Shown: one piece after another, positions 36,564 through 47,028 of the stretch
How positions within the stretch are numbered: the first letter of the stretch is position 1
Layout of the letters: each line of letters starts with the position of its first letter
NCBI GenBank assembly: GCA_045533905.1
Contig: JAZSIR010000008.1
Span: forward strand, 1 to 64,000
Source of the DNA: Clostridia bacterium
Lineage (GTDB): Bacteria; Bacillota; Clostridia; UMGS1883; UMGS1540
Length of the DNA stretch: 64,000 nt
Direction of reading: 5' to 3'
Made by a program: the position numbers and the translations under genes
The notes under the pieces: generated by a model
The model's database searches: none
Seen by the model: the letters and a program-made list of their open reading frames with translations, nothing else
Told to the model about the DNA's origin: nothing

Positions 36564-37913
36564 CTACCCTAACAGTACAATTTCTTCCGGAAAACGGATA
36601 CTGTCTACCTTTTCCTCGCGCATAAAGAGCGCAATTACAAAGGACATAAATCCGATTCGACCTGTGAACATCAACAGGATTAAAAGCATTTTGCTGATCG
36701 GCGGCAAAAATGGCGTAACACCGGTTCCAAGACCTACCGTACCGAATGCAGAAAAAACTTCAAACATCAAATTCATCGGGTCTGCGCCGCCTGCGCAAAG
36801 GAGAAAAACAGCAGAAACCATTGCCACCAAGAAAGCCAAAATCACAATGGACATTGCTCGAAGCACCAGCATTTTCGGAATGCGGCGGCGGAAAATATTG
36901 GTATCTGCCCGCCCGCGGAATGCAGAAACAGCTCCACAAAGGACAACGGCTATGGTTACTGTTTTAATACCGCCCGCGGTCGAAGCCGGAGAGCCGCCGA
37001 TAAACATAAGCGCCATTGTTAAAAGCTTTGAAGGGACAGTGAGGTCTCCGTTCGAAATCGTATTAAATCCTGCTGTTCTTGTGGTGACAGATTGGAAAAA
37101 GGCTACAAGCAGCTTTTCTCCTGTCGGCATCGGACCGAGCGTGAGCGGATTCTGTTGCTCGAAAAAATAAAATGCCGCAAAGGGAACAAAAACCAAAATG
37201 CCTGTGGTAATGAGAACAAGTTTCGTGTGTAAGGACATATGCCTGCTGCGCGGCTTGCCCCATACCAAAAAGCCGAGGCCGCCCATGATAATCAGGGCGC
37301 ACACCACCAGATTTACCAAAACATCGTTCGCATACGGTGCAAGGCTGGAAAATGCCCCGTGCGCATCGCCGAGAATATCAAAACCGGCGTTGCAAAAAGC
37401 GGATACAGAAATGAAAATACTCTTCCATATCCCTTCCCCTATACCGAATTCCGGCACGAAACGGGCGGATAAAAGAATTGCCCCGCCCAGTTCGAAAAAT
37501 AATGTGCCAAATAAAATCCGTTTCATCAAGCGGACAATGCCGCCAATATCTGCGCCACTTAAAGATTCACTGATCACAACCCGTTCTTTTAGTGTGATTC
37601 TCCGTTTAAAAAGCAGAGAAAACAAGGTTAAAATGGCCATAAAGCCAAGGCCCCCGATTTGAATCAGAGACAGAAGAACCGCTTGGCCAAACCCCGTCCA
37701 GTGTTGCGCGGTATCCACCACTACAAGTCCTGTAACGCAGGTGGCAGATGTGACTGTGAAAACGGTGTCGAGCACGGAAAGCCGCTCGCCGCGATAGGCA
37801 ATCGGCAAAGATAACAGCACTGTTCCTAAAAGGATAATACTTAAAAATCCCAATACAATAATACGTACCGGCCGAAACTTTCCCATGCTGCGCCATACAC
37901 TTTTTTTGAGCAT
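36564..37913 (-). CDS. ktrB: K+ uptake membrane subunit (TrkH/KtrB)
   Basis: SATCVTGL, SAFCNAGF, RTAGF, SAFGTVGL pore loops. Confidence 0.9.
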   Translation of the reverse strand: MLKKSVWRSMGKFRPVRIIVLGFLSIILLGTVLLSLPIAYRGERLSVLDTVFTVTSATCVTGLVVVDTAQHWTGFGQAVLLSLIQIGGLGFMAILTLFSLLFKRRITLKERVVISESLSGADIGGIVRLMKRILFGTLFFELGGAILLSARFVPEFGIGEGIWKSIFISVSAFCNAGFDILGDAHGAFSSLAPYANDVLVNLVVCALIIMGGLGFLVWGKPRSRHMSLHTKLVLITTGILVFVPFAAFYFFEQQNPLTLGPMPTGEKLLVAFFQSVTTRTAGFNTISNGDLTVPSKLLTMALMFIGGSPASTAGGIKTVTIAVVLCGAVSAFRGRADTNIFRRRIPKMLVLRAMSIVILAFLVAMVSAVFLLCAGGADPMNLMFEVFSAFGTVGLGTGVTPFLPPISKMLLILLMFTGRIGFMSFVIALFMREEKVDSIRFPEEIVLLG

Positions 37914-37933
37914 AGTTTTCTTTCCTCATACGA

Positions 37934-37981
37934 AAAAAGCCGCCGCAAAGCATGATACGCTCATATCTTTGCAGCAGCTTT
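37934..37981 (-). terminator. Terminator after rplT
   Basis: Minus strand AAAGCTGCTGCAAAG...CTTTGCGGCGGCTTTTTT. Confidence 0.65.
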
Positions 37982-37987
37982 CCTTTT

Positions 37988-38341
37988 TTATAAGCTTGCC
38001 TTTGCTTTTTCAACTAACGCCTTGAAAGCGTCTGCATCATGGATGGCAATTTCGGAAAGCATCTTGCGGTTGATTTCGATGCCGGCCTTCTTAAGACCAT
38101 TCATAAGCTGAGAATAGTTGATTCCGTTCATTTTTGCAGCTGCAGAAATACGGGTGATCCAAAGTCTTCTGAAATCGCGCTTCTTCTGCTTTCTGCCGAT
38201 GTATGCGTATACGAGCGATTTCATAACCGCCTGGTTCGCAACGCGGAAATTCTTAGACTTATGTCCTCTGTAGCCTTTTGCTAACTTCAATATCTTCTTA
38301 CGTCTTTTTCTTGTGCTTAAAGCGCCTTTTACGCGTGCCAT
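37988..38341 (-). CDS. rplT: 50S ribosomal protein L20
   Basis: MARVKG...RRLWITRI. Confidence 0.98.
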   Translation of the reverse strand: MARVKGALSTRKRRKKILKLAKGYRGHKSKNFRVANQAVMKSLVYAYIGRKQKKRDFRRLWITRISAAAKMNGINYSQLMNGLKKAGIEINRKMLSEIAIHDADAFKALVEKAKASL

Positions 38342-38356
38342 GTCTTACTCCTCCTA

Positions 38357-38554
38357 TTATTTATACGGTATAAGCTTCTTGATCGTTACGGCATTCGGAA
38401 TCGATGCGTATGCCGTCTTGCGAAGTCTTCTCTTACGCTTTGTAGACTTCTTGTTCAAAATATGGCTTTTGTATGCCTTTCCTCTCTTTACCTTGCCGGA
38501 TTTCGTAAGGCTAAAACGCTTCGCCGCACCTCTGTGCGTCTTTAACTTCGGCAT
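38357..38554 (-). CDS. rpmI: 50S ribosomal protein L35
   Basis: [14 protein letters not shown]; AAGGAG RBS. Confidence 0.98.
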   Translation of the reverse strand: MPKLKTHRGAAKRFSLTKSGKVKRGKAYKSHILNKKSTKRKRRLRKTAYASIPNAVTIKKLIPYK

Positions 38555-38604
38555 GTGACTCTCTCCTTTTCTAAGTGATATATTCAAAGCCTTCTGGCTT
38601 TCAA

Positions 38605-39114
38605 TCAGTTTTTGGGTAATATAAACATCGTCATACTTCTGCCCTCAAGCTTCGGAAGCTTATCGACAGAACCGACTTCGCTTACTGTGTCTGCAAACTT
38701 CTTTAAGATTTCCTCGCCAAGGGAAGCATGGTGCAGCTCGCGGCCGCGGAAGCGTACGCTTACCTTTACCTTGTCCCCGGAACTTAAGAACTTAATTGCA
38801 TTTTTTGCTTTGGTCTGAAAATCATGGTCGTCAATAGACGGGGAAAGGCGGACTTCCTTAATCGCCACAACCTTCTGATTCTTTCTGGCCTCTTTTTCCT
38901 TTTTAGCGGCCTCGAACTTGTATTTGCCATAGTCCATAATCTTGCAAACCGGCGGCTTTGCCTGCGGTGCAATCTTGACCAAATCCAAATTCTTATCGTA
39001 CGCAATCTTCTGCGCTTCCTTGGTTGTCATTATACCAAGCTGTGACCCGTCGCTGTCAATGAGACGAACCTCCTTATCACGGATTTCCTCATTGATCATA
39101 ACTTCCTTACTGAT
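38605..39114 (-). CDS. infC: Translation initiation factor IF-3 (non-canonical ATC start)
   Basis: [28 protein letters not shown]; GGAGGTG-6nt-ATC. Confidence 0.95.
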   Translation of the reverse strand: MSKEVMINEEIRDKEVRLIDSDGSQLGIMTTKEAQKIAYDKNLDLVKIAPQAKPPVCKIMDYGKYKFEAAKKEKEARKNQKVVAIKEVRLSPSIDDHDFQTKAKNAIKFLSSGDKVKVSVRFRGRELHHASLGEEILKKFADTVSEVGSVDKLPKLEGRSMTMFILPKN

Positions 39115-39135
39115 AAACAGCACCTCCCAAAAATT

Positions 39136-39242
39136 ATAAAAGCGGAATTGCACAGCAAGCAATTCCGCCTTCTAAAGCCGGTGAAATATCAACCGTATGC
39201 GTACTCAAAAACGATACGGTGAGGGCATTGCCCTGCTTGCTA
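39136..39242 (-). ncRNA. L20 leader (ribosomal-protein autoregulatory attenuator)
   Basis: Upstream of infC-rpmI-rplT; ACCGTAT...ATACGGT stem, then GGCGGAATTGC...GCAATTCCGCTTTT terminator; promoter TTGACA-17-TATTCT just upstream. Confidence 0.7.
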
Positions 39243-39295
39243 CCTATGTAGAATACCATAGTTTCTCTTATTTGTCAAGCTTTTTTTGAAAATTT

Positions 39296-40183
39296 TTATC
39301 CCCAGAAGAACGTAAGGACGCGCATTTCTTCATCCAGCCGCACAAGTGCAAGGCGGCGCTGGGTCATAGAGTCCTCCGTATACTGGCGGTAATACCCCAT
39401 ACCTTCCGTGATATCTGCGCCTCTTCCCACAGCGTCTGCAAGAAGAAGTGCCGTCTCGCCCGCATAGTGCATATTGACCATTGCCCACCAGAGTTCCTGC
39501 GCGGAGGCACTAAAGCCGTACGGCTCCTTAAACACCTTAAACGCTTCCATCATGCGCGTAAACTCATCGTAAAACGTGCGGTACGCCTCCACTGTTTCAC
39601 TCTGATATCTACCGCTTTCCAGCATTTTCACAAGCGGTGAAAGTGCCTTATCGGCCTTGGAAAGAAACAAAAGGCTGCCGTACACATTGGTACGGATATA
39701 GGAAATTTCATCTTCAAAATATTCTGCTTCCAGAGAAAACACATCGGCGCTTTTCGTCTTATCGTCAAACTGTGCCTCCCCCGCAATGGCGATATCGCGA
39801 AGGCGCACAGCCGTACGTCCGCCGATATTGTAGGAAGGAATTTCCTTCCCTCTGAAAAATGTGCGAATGTCTGTTTTATATACATCAAATAGCTTTGTGC
39901 CGACTTCCACTTCTTCATATTCGGGAACCATAGGCGTGAGTGGCTTTATAAAGTCCTTATAAAACGAAACCGTTTTCGTACTCTCATCCCAGTTTACCAC
40001 AAACCCGAAGTTTTCAAGATCCCGCACGATGACTGCGGTGTATCCGTCAATATTATAAGACGGCACCATAAGATAGTCTATATATGCATGTATATCCGTA
40101 GCATATCCTGCGCCGATGATTTGCGCCCGGGCTCCGCTCGAAAGCCCGCACAGAAGCAGCAGTATGCAAATAATTTTCTTCAC
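39296..40183 (-). CDS. Secreted hypothetical protein with duplicated copper-amine-oxidase-N-like (stalk) repeats
   Basis: Signal peptide MKKIICILLLL...ARA; two TDI...PSYNIxGxTAVxxRD repeats; GGAGG RBS and GTG start. Confidence 0.7.
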   Translation of the reverse strand: MKKIICILLLLCGLSSGARAQIIGAGYATDIHAYIDYLMVPSYNIDGYTAVIVRDLENFGFVVNWDESTKTVSFYKDFIKPLTPMVPEYEEVEVGTKLFDVYKTDIRTFFRGKEIPSYNIGGRTAVRLRDIAIAGEAQFDDKTKSADVFSLEAEYFEDEISYIRTNVYGSLLFLSKADKALSPLVKMLESGRYQSETVEAYRTFYDEFTRMMEAFKVFKEPYGFSASAQELWWAMVNMHYAGETALLLADAVGRGADITEGMGYYRQYTEDSMTQRRLALVRLDEEMRVLTFFWG

Positions 40184-40222
40184 GGCACTATCCTCCTATG
40201 GTTTTGCATGTGCCTATTCGTT

Positions 40223-41941
40223 TTACTCCACGGGTTCCTCTGTCGGCTCCAAAGTCGGCTGCGGTGTTTCCACCGTTCCCGGTGTCGGACTGAGAACCGG
40301 TCCTTCCGGAGAAACTGTCGGCTCGCCGCCCTCCGGCGGCACATCCTCACCCTCCCCGGGTGTCGGCGACGGCACAGCTTCGCCTGTACCTACATGGATG
40401 ATGCGAAGGGCACCGCGGTAATTGCTTCTGCAAAGATACTCTCTATCCGCCTCTTCGCCGTCTCTTTTTGTAATCTTATACGTATCTACAATATAGCCCG
40501 ATGTACCTTCCGACTCCACTTTTTCTTCGCCGAGCGGAAGCGTGGGGTCATCCACCTTCTTCTCCGGTGCCTCGGTGTGGCCGATGGTCACCGTTTCAAA
40601 CGAAACGCTCTTGGATTTATCTTCCTTATAGCCGAGGATTGCCATATACATCACGCCATCCTCTGCCGAGGAAAGGATCTTAACGGGGTATCCGCTCGTA
40701 TTCTTAAAGCGGAAATCGATATTGCCGTAGTCTACCGTGGCATCACGGCCAAGCGGCACATACGAAACGGTAAGCTGATGGTTGACGCGTTCCACGATTT
40801 CAAGGTCCGCAAACACAACGGCATTGAAAAGCGTAGATGAAACCTGACAGATACCGCCGCCGAGACCGGGAACCGATTCGCCGTTCATATATACCGTAGC
40901 TTCCTCAAAGCCTTCACTGTAGCTTCTTTCCCCTACCACATCGTTATAGGAGAAGATTTCATCCGGAGCAAGTATCGTTCCGTTGATTTTATTGGAAGCC
41001 AGAAGAATATTCTTGCTACGGCTTACCTGCGAAGTCTTGAACGTAGTGCTGTATTCCCCGATAACTTCGGAGAAAAGCTTTTCCTCAATATCTTCGAGCG
41101 TAACTTCCGGCTCGCGAATTGTCAAGGGAATTTCAAACGTTACGCCGTGACCGGGATGTGCATCAATGATTTCGTCTGCTCTCTCTTTATCGAAAGAAAT
41201 GCCTAGGGTATGCGGGCGCATAATCACCTTGCCGTCTTCAATGGAATAGGAAGCATCGGAAGCTTCGGAATATACGGCATCATAAAGCGTTTCCGCAGAA
41301 AGGGGCGATGGATTTCTGGATTCTTTTTTGAATACAATAGGCTTCTTATAGTCGCCGTCGCTTATTTTTTCCAAAATCGCTTCGGAGACCGTATATCTGT
41401 CCGGCAAAAGGCCGGGAGTTCCCGTGGTTACCACCAGTGTGCCGTCTTCGATCTCCCAGGTGTGCTCCTGCACCTTGTCGCCAATGCCCGTCATAAGCGA
41501 GTCGAGTGTTTCGTTATAAACCACATCGTCCACAGAGATTTCCATCCCGACATCCTTCCGTAAAATGAAAGCACGGAAGGCTTGCCCAATTCTTTTCAGC
41601 ATAGAGCCTTCATGGGCATACGAAAGCGCCTTTTCGGCAGTAGTCTCATAGTCATACGCCGCCAGAAAGTCAGAAGGCAATACATTCTTTTCCACATCGC
41701 CAAGTACAACCGTCACCGTCTTATCAAACTCAGTGCCGGAAAGCTTTTCGCGCATCTTTTCGACAGCCTCTTCCTTCGAAAGATTCGAAAGCGAAACGCC
41801 GCCGGCAGAGATGCCGCCGCAGATTTTGTTTATATTATATGCACGCGCCACGCATGCCCCTAAAAGCACACCGCCGATAAGGACAATGCACACACACATT
41901 ATAAATAACTTCTTAGGATGTTTCAAAGTATTTACCCCCAT
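40223..41941 (-). CDS. VanW family protein (PG_binding_4 + VanW + G5 + Pro/Thr/Glu-rich tail)
   Basis: N-terminal TM; FSYNDVVGER, GGGICQVSSTL, ERVNH, YVPLGRDATV; G5-like DPTLPLGEEKV. Confidence 0.9.
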   Translation of the reverse strand: MGVNTLKHPKKLFIMCVCIVLIGGVLLGACVARAYNINKICGGISAGGVSLSNLSKEEAVEKMREKLSGTEFDKTVTVVLGDVEKNVLPSDFLAAYDYETTAEKALSYAHEGSMLKRIGQAFRAFILRKDVGMEISVDDVVYNETLDSLMTGIGDKVQEHTWEIEDGTLVVTTGTPGLLPDRYTVSEAILEKISDGDYKKPIVFKKESRNPSPLSAETLYDAVYSEASDASYSIEDGKVIMRPHTLGISFDKERADEIIDAHPGHGVTFEIPLTIREPEVTLEDIEEKLFSEVIGEYSTTFKTSQVSRSKNILLASNKINGTILAPDEIFSYNDVVGERSYSEGFEEATVYMNGESVPGLGGGICQVSSTLFNAVVFADLEIVERVNHQLTVSYVPLGRDATVDYGNIDFRFKNTSGYPVKILSSAEDGVMYMAILGYKEDKSKSVSFETVTIGHTEAPEKKVDDPTLPLGEEKVESEGTSGYIVDTYKITKRDGEEADREYLCRSNYRGALRIIHVGTGEAVPSPTPGEGEDVPPEGGEPTVSPEGPVLSPTPGTVETPQPTLEPTEEPVE

Positions 41942-42070
41942 ACCTTTTGTCAGCTTCTGTATTTGTATATTACATACTTACCTATATTATAACAACATTT
42001 TCCGGATTAGTAAATACGATTTTGAAAAAAATATTTTTTTAATACTTTTTTAACGTTTTAGCGGTAAATG

Positions 42071-42105
42071 TAAAAACGGAGAAAGATTTCTCTTTCTCCG
42101 TTTTT
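42071..42105 (-). terminator. Terminator after DUF1858
   Basis: AAAAACGGAGAAAGA-TTTC-TCTTTCTCCGTTTTT. Confidence 0.8.
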
Positions 42106-42106
42106 C

Positions 42107-42310
42107 TTACTTGGAAGCCAGGTACGCGTTAATTTTGGCAATTAATTCGTCTGCATCCACACCATGCACCATACAGGCTGCTTCTACGCTTTCGCCGCTT
42201 GCCGAGGGGCAACCGAGGCAATGCATGCCGATTTCAAGGAAAAACGGTGCTGTGCCGGGATCGAGACGCAGAACGTCTGCAATAATTGTGTCTTTTGTGA
42301 TCTGTGCCAT
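42107..42310 (-). CDS. DUF1858 domain protein
   Basis: ITKDTII...GMHCLGCPSASGES...VHG. Confidence 0.88.
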   Translation of the reverse strand: MAQITKDTIIADVLRLDPGTAPFFLEIGMHCLGCPSASGESVEAACMVHGVDADELIAKINAYLASK

Positions 42311-42376
42311 ATTTACACTTCCTTTCTTTGATATCACCTTATATTGTTATGCAAAACAATATCTACCTGATGCGGG

Positions 42377-43042
42377 CTACGCGCGGATTTCCTCCAGAAG
42401 CTTTGTAAGCGACCAGATTTCATCCGCATTCCTCTCTTTTCCCTTTGAAAGCCCTTCTATACGCTTTTCGATTTTTCCCGCCACACGCGCGGAAAGCTCC
42501 GGAAATAGAGGATGGTTTCTGTTTTTCCGCCCGACTAAAAGTTCAGCCTCCGTATAGGGCGTATCCTCACCAAGCTCTGCCACCAGAATGACATAAAGCT
42601 TTTCACCCTCACGGGCGATGGATTCCTTCCGGATACGAAAGCCGCCGTCTATAAGCGCTTTTCGAAGCTCACGGGCTGCCGTCATCGGCTGAAGAACGAG
42701 GCGAACACCTTCGAGATTTTCTGCACCCGACAGAATTTCCCAGATGAGGAGCCCACCCATTCCGGCTACTACAACCGTATCATAGCCGTGAAGCGATACG
42801 CCGCGCAAGCCGTTTGCCATCTGCACACCGACCTTACCGGAAAGCGAAAACCTTTCAATGTTTTCGCGGCTTCTCTCAATCGGGCCGGCATTCACATCCG
42901 TAGCAAGCGCCATACGTGCCGATTTTTCCCGTACGAGATAAATCGGCAGATAGGCATGGTCACTTCCAACGTCAATGACAGCTGCGCCTTCTTCTATCTG
43001 CGCCGCAATCTCCAAAAGACGCGGCGAAAGCAAACTATTCAA
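42377..43042 (-). CDS. trmK: tRNA (adenine22-N1)-methyltransferase
   Basis: [24 protein letters not shown]; downstream of rpoD. Confidence 0.9.
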   Translation of the reverse strand: MNSLLSPRLLEIAAQIEEGAAVIDVGSDHAYLPIYLVREKSARMALATDVNAGPIERSRENIERFSLSGKVGVQMANGLRGVSLHGYDTVVVAGMGGLLIWEILSGAENLEGVRLVLQPMTAARELRKALIDGGFRIRKESIAREGEKLYVILVAELGEDTPYTEAELLVGRKNRNHPLFPELSARVAGKIEKRIEGLSKGKERNADEIWSLTKLLEEIRA

Positions 43043-44111
43043 GGAAATCCTTCAGTTTCTTGCTGCGGCTCGGGTGGCGCAGTTTCCGAAGTGCCTTTGC
43101 TTCAATCTGACGGATACGTTCACGCGTAACATCGAAAACCTTACCGACTTCTTCGAGGGTGCGCGGTCTGCCATCATCCAGACCAAAGCGGAGACGAAGT
43201 ACCTTTTCTTCGCGAGATGTGAGTGTATCGAGAACATCCATAAGCTGCTCTTTGAGCAGTGTGAATGAGGCCATTTCGCTCGGTGCGGGCGCATCGTCAT
43301 CCGGAATAAAGTCACCAAGGTGGCTGTCCTCTTCCTCACCGATCGGCGTTTCGAGGGAAACCGGTTCCTGCGCAATCTTCATAATTTCGCGCACTTTATC
43401 GATGGACATATTCATTTCCCGGGCAATTTCCTCAGGAAGCGGATCACGTCCAAGTTCCTGCAGAAGCTGGCGGGAAACGCGGATGAGCTTATTGATGGTT
43501 TCTACCATATGCACAGGTACGCGTATGGTACTTGCTTGGTCGGCAATGGCGCGGGTAATCGCCTGGCGAATCCACCATGTAGCGTAAGTGCTGAACTTAA
43601 AGCCCTTGGAATAGTCAAACTTTTCCACTGCCTTGATAAGACCAAGGTTACCTTCCTGAATAAGGTCAAGGAAAAGCATACCGCGGCCCACATATCGTTT
43701 GGCAATGCTAACAACAAGACGGAGGTTTGCCTCTGTAAGGCGCATCTTGGCTTCCTCATCGCCTTCTACCATACGCTGCGCCAGTTCTATTTCCTCTTCC
43801 GTGGCAAGAAGCGGTACCTTACCGATTTCTTTGAGGTACATACGTACGTGGTCATCCACATTGATGCCCTCGGGAAGACTTAAGTCAATTTCTTCCTCAT
43901 TGGTGGCGATTTGCTTGAGGTCCTCATCCATATCCTCCACGACCTCAATGCCCATCTGCTCCAGAGATTCGTATATTTTCTCTATCTGTTCGGCTTCGAT
44001 ATCCGTTTCTTCGAGGGATTCGTTGATTTCCTTATAGGACAGCATCCCCTTCTTTCTTCCCTTTTCAACTAAATCCTTGATAATAGCCTTCTTATTCGCA
44101 GTATCTGACAT
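43035..44111 (-). CDS. rpoD: RNA polymerase primary sigma factor
   Basis: [57 protein letters not shown]. Confidence 0.97.
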   Translation of the reverse strand: MSDTANKKAIIKDLVEKGRKKGMLSYKEINESLEETDIEAEQIEKIYESLEQMGIEVVEDMDEDLKQIATNEEEIDLSLPEGINVDDHVRMYLKEIGKVPLLATEEEIELAQRMVEGDEEAKMRLTEANLRLVVSIAKRYVGRGMLFLDLIQEGNLGLIKAVEKFDYSKGFKFSTYATWWIRQAITRAIADQASTIRVPVHMVETINKLIRVSRQLLQELGRDPLPEEIAREMNMSIDKVREIMKIAQEPVSLETPIGEEEDSHLGDFIPDDDAPAPSEMASFTLLKEQLMDVLDTLTSREEKVLRLRFGLDDGRPRTLEEVGKVFDVTRERIRQIEAKALRKLRHPSRSKKLKDFLE

Positions 44112-44113
44112 GG

Positions 44114-45835
44114 CTATCGTCCCCCTTCCTCGTTACCCTTATTTTTCATTAGTAACATATTAAGACGCGATATATCGCCGGATTCAATGGCTTCCTTTAC
44201 TTCGCGTTCCCGTTCTTCTTTATAAAGTGCCGCCAAAAGTTCTTCCATTGCGGCATCATTGTTGTCATAATTGACGGGCATATTCATCGCCGCTGCCGCA
44301 CGCGCCGCTTCGCCTTCTTCAAAGAGTGCCGCAATGTGTGCGGAATCATCCGTTTCGGAAAGCTTTTCCAGTATTTTAAGGTGTACCTCATCTTTTAAGA
44401 CAGCTAAAAGCTTGTCTTTATACTTTTTATACACCGCTTTATCTTTCAAACAAAGTGAAATCGCCTTTGCCGCCGTGTGGCTTTTGATAACGCCTTCGGG
44501 TGTGCGCACTTTTGGCTTGGCCACATTCCACTTTTCCTTTTTTTCTTCGCGTGTGCGCTTCTTTTCCACTTCTTTTTCAATGGCCGAGCCGAGGATTCCC
44601 GTCTCATTTGCAATCTGTTGGCGAAGAACATCGCGCTCCACACCGCTCGTAACAGTGCTGATTATCTTTGCCGCAGCTTCTGCATATTCTATTTTCTGCG
44701 TTTTATCACGAAGATCATACTTCTTACGAAGCTGCAGAATCTGGAAGCCGGCCGGCGTATCGGCTTTTTTTAAAATCTCTGAAAATTTCACGGCGCCGTT
44801 TGCTTTGATAAACTCATCCGGGTCCTTCCCGTCCGGCAGGGACAAGACGCGAAGCTTTACATCCACGCCGCGGAAAACCTCAATCGCGCGCATAGCCGCT
44901 TTTACACCTGCACCGTCTGTATCATAGCAAATGGTAACCTTTTCTGCATATTTTGCCGCAAGGCGCGCCTGCTCGGCCGTGAGTGCCGTGCCGAGAGAGG
45001 CCACTGCATTTTGTATACCGTTTTGGTAGAGGGAAATCACATCCATATACCCTTCCACCAGAATGATTTCCTTTTCTTTCTTGGCAAGCTGCAACGAAAA
45101 CAGATTCTGCCCTTTATTAAAAACGGGCGTTTCGGGCGAATTTAAGTATTTTACATTCCCCTCACCGAGGATGCGGCCGCCAAAGCCGATTACATTCCCG
45201 CGAACATCGATAATCGGGAACATAAGCCGGTCACGAAACCGGTCAATGACCTTTCCGGTTTTTGTAAAGGTAGAAACGCCCGCCTCGACAAGTTCTTCGC
45301 GACCGTAGCCGTTTCGGAGAAGATGCTTTGTAAGGAGATCCCAGTCATCCGGCGCGTAGCCAATGCCGTAGGTTTTAAGCGTTTCGCCCGTAAGCTTTCT
45401 TTTCTTTACATATTCCTGCGCCGTGCGCGCGGAGGGCAGATACAGCTGCTCACGGAAAAAGCGGGCCGATTCCTTATTAATTTCAAGGTATCTCTGCTTT
45501 CTCTCATACGCTTCCTTATCCTTTTCCGAGAAGGCCTCCGTATCAATGCGGATACCTGCGCGGTCAGCCAGAAAGCGGATGGCCTCCACAAAATCGAGAT
45601 GCTCTATATTCTTAACGAACTCTACAATATTGCCACCGGCACCGCAGCCGAAGCAATAGTAAAGCTGCCTGTCCGCCGTGACGTGGAAGGACGGCGTTTT
45701 TTCTTTATGAAACGGGCACAAACCGACATAAGAATTGCCGCTACGCCGAAGGCTTACATACTGCCCGACGAGCGCCACAATATCGTTAGCCGCTATAATT
45801 TCCTGAATCAGCTGATCCGGCAAACGCACCGCCAT
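44114..45835 (-). CDS. dnaG: DNA primase
   Basis: [11 protein letters not shown] zinc finger, [17 protein letters not shown]. Confidence 0.96.
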   Translation of the reverse strand: MAVRLPDQLIQEIIAANDIVALVGQYVSLRRSGNSYVGLCPFHKEKTPSFHVTADRQLYYCFGCGAGGNIVEFVKNIEHLDFVEAIRFLADRAGIRIDTEAFSEKDKEAYERKQRYLEINKESARFFREQLYLPSARTAQEYVKKRKLTGETLKTYGIGYAPDDWDLLTKHLLRNGYGREELVEAGVSTFTKTGKVIDRFRDRLMFPIIDVRGNVIGFGGRILGEGNVKYLNSPETPVFNKGQNLFSLQLAKKEKEIILVEGYMDVISLYQNGIQNAVASLGTALTAEQARLAAKYAEKVTICYDTDGAGVKAAMRAIEVFRGVDVKLRVLSLPDGKDPDEFIKANGAVKFSEILKKADTPAGFQILQLRKKYDLRDKTQKIEYAEAAAKIISTVTSGVERDVLRQQIANETGILGSAIEKEVEKKRTREEKKEKWNVAKPKVRTPEGVIKSHTAAKAISLCLKDKAVYKKYKDKLLAVLKDEVHLKILEKLSETDDSAHIAALFEEGEAARAAAAMNMPVNYDNNDAAMEELLAALYKEEREREVKEAIESGDISRLNMLLMKNKGNEEGGR

Positions 45836-45885
45836 TTCCTTCCTCTCTTTCGATATATTCAAACAAAAAAACTATCCTTTTCCCT

Positions 45886-45912
45886 TTTCGACAAACAATA
45901 TTTAATTCCTTC
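45886..45912 (-). promoter_or_regulatory. Putative sigma-H promoter of dnaG-rpoD
   Basis: GAAGGAATT-11-GTCGAAA, close to the consensus RNAGGAWWW-11/12-RNNGAAT. Confidence 0.45.
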
Positions 45913-46015
45913 TTTTTTTCCAACTTTTTTTATTTTGAAAAAGCAAAACACTGCCGGCAAAAATACCTGACAGTGTATAAGCTTTACCTATATTTACATT
46001 TTTATGCAAAACCCT

Positions 46016-47008
46016 TTATCTGTACCATCCTTTGGGGATAAAGTGCTGCTTGTAGGTGTGGGTTGCATACGTATCCGTCATACCTGCAATGGAGTCGATA
46101 ATCTGTCTTTCCTCCCACGTGGCATCCCCTGCCTTTCCGCCGGGCAAAAGGTGAAAGTTCTCTTTGAAGAAGAAAAACAGACTCTCAATCATATCTCCCG
46201 CCTTTTTTTCTTCTGTTTTCGCTTCCGAACCGACATAGACCGTGCGGAACATAAAGGCGCGCAGCTCCTGCATAGCCTCCTCCACCTCGCGGCTCATTAA
46301 AATCGCCGGCTTATCCATACTGTTTTCAACGATATCCAACACCATCGTATCAATTCTCTGCCCGTGTGTGGTGCCCAGAGTGCGGGCACATTCCTTCGGG
46401 ATCTCCTCCGCACGGATAATACCGCCGCGGATGGCATCGTCGATATCGTGATTGATGTAGGCAATTCTGTCGGCAATAGAGATAATTTCCCCCTCAAGGG
46501 TTTTGGCCTTTTGGTCGCCTGTGTGGCACACGATGCCGTCGCGCACCTCTTCCGTAAGATTTAATCCCGTTCCGTTTTCCAGAACATCCACAACGCGGAG
46601 GCTCTGCTCATTATGGCGAAACCCGAAGGTGCTTACGCGGTCGAGTGCGCGCTCACCTTCGTGCCCAAACGGCGCGTGGCCGAGGTCATGCCCGAGGGCT
46701 ATGGCCTCCGTCAAATCCTCATTGAGACGAAGCGCCCTTGCGATGGTGCGCGCAATCTGCGCAACCTCCAAGGTGTGGGTAAGACGCGTTCTGTAATGGT
46801 CCCCTTCCGGCGTTATAAAGACCTGTGTTTTGTGTTTTAAGCGGCGAAACGCTTTGGAATGGATAATCTTATCACGGTCACGTTGAAACGCCGTGCGCAT
46901 CTCGCACTTTTCCGCCGGTTCGCGCCTGCCAAGCGTGGAAGCCGCAAGGCACGCGTAGGGGGATAATATTTTCTTTTCCAGTTCTTCCTGTCGCTCTCTG
47001 ATATTCAC
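46016..47008 (-). CDS. dgt: Deoxyguanosinetriphosphate triphosphohydrolase (HD domain)
   Basis: FRRLKHKTQVF, RTRLTH, HDLGHAPFGH, AGMTD. Confidence 0.93.
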   Translation of the reverse strand: MNIRERQEELEKKILSPYACLAASTLGRREPAEKCEMRTAFQRDRDKIIHSKAFRRLKHKTQVFITPEGDHYRTRLTHTLEVAQIARTIARALRLNEDLTEAIALGHDLGHAPFGHEGERALDRVSTFGFRHNEQSLRVVDVLENGTGLNLTEEVRDGIVCHTGDQKAKTLEGEIISIADRIAYINHDIDDAIRGGIIRAEEIPKECARTLGTTHGQRIDTMVLDIVENSMDKPAILMSREVEEAMQELRAFMFRTVYVGSEAKTEEKKAGDMIESLFFFFKENFHLLPGGKAGDATWEERQIIDSIAGMTDTYATHTYKQHFIPKGWYR

Positions 47009-47028
47009 AAAGGGTTCCTCCCCTCGTT

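Noticed and set aside
37914-37987. c-di-AMP riboswitch upstream of ktrB
   Set aside because: The gap is only ~75 nt and is explained by the rplT terminator
40223-41941. Vancomycin resistance locus
   Set aside because: No vanHAX/vanRS; VanW domains are widespread cell-wall proteins
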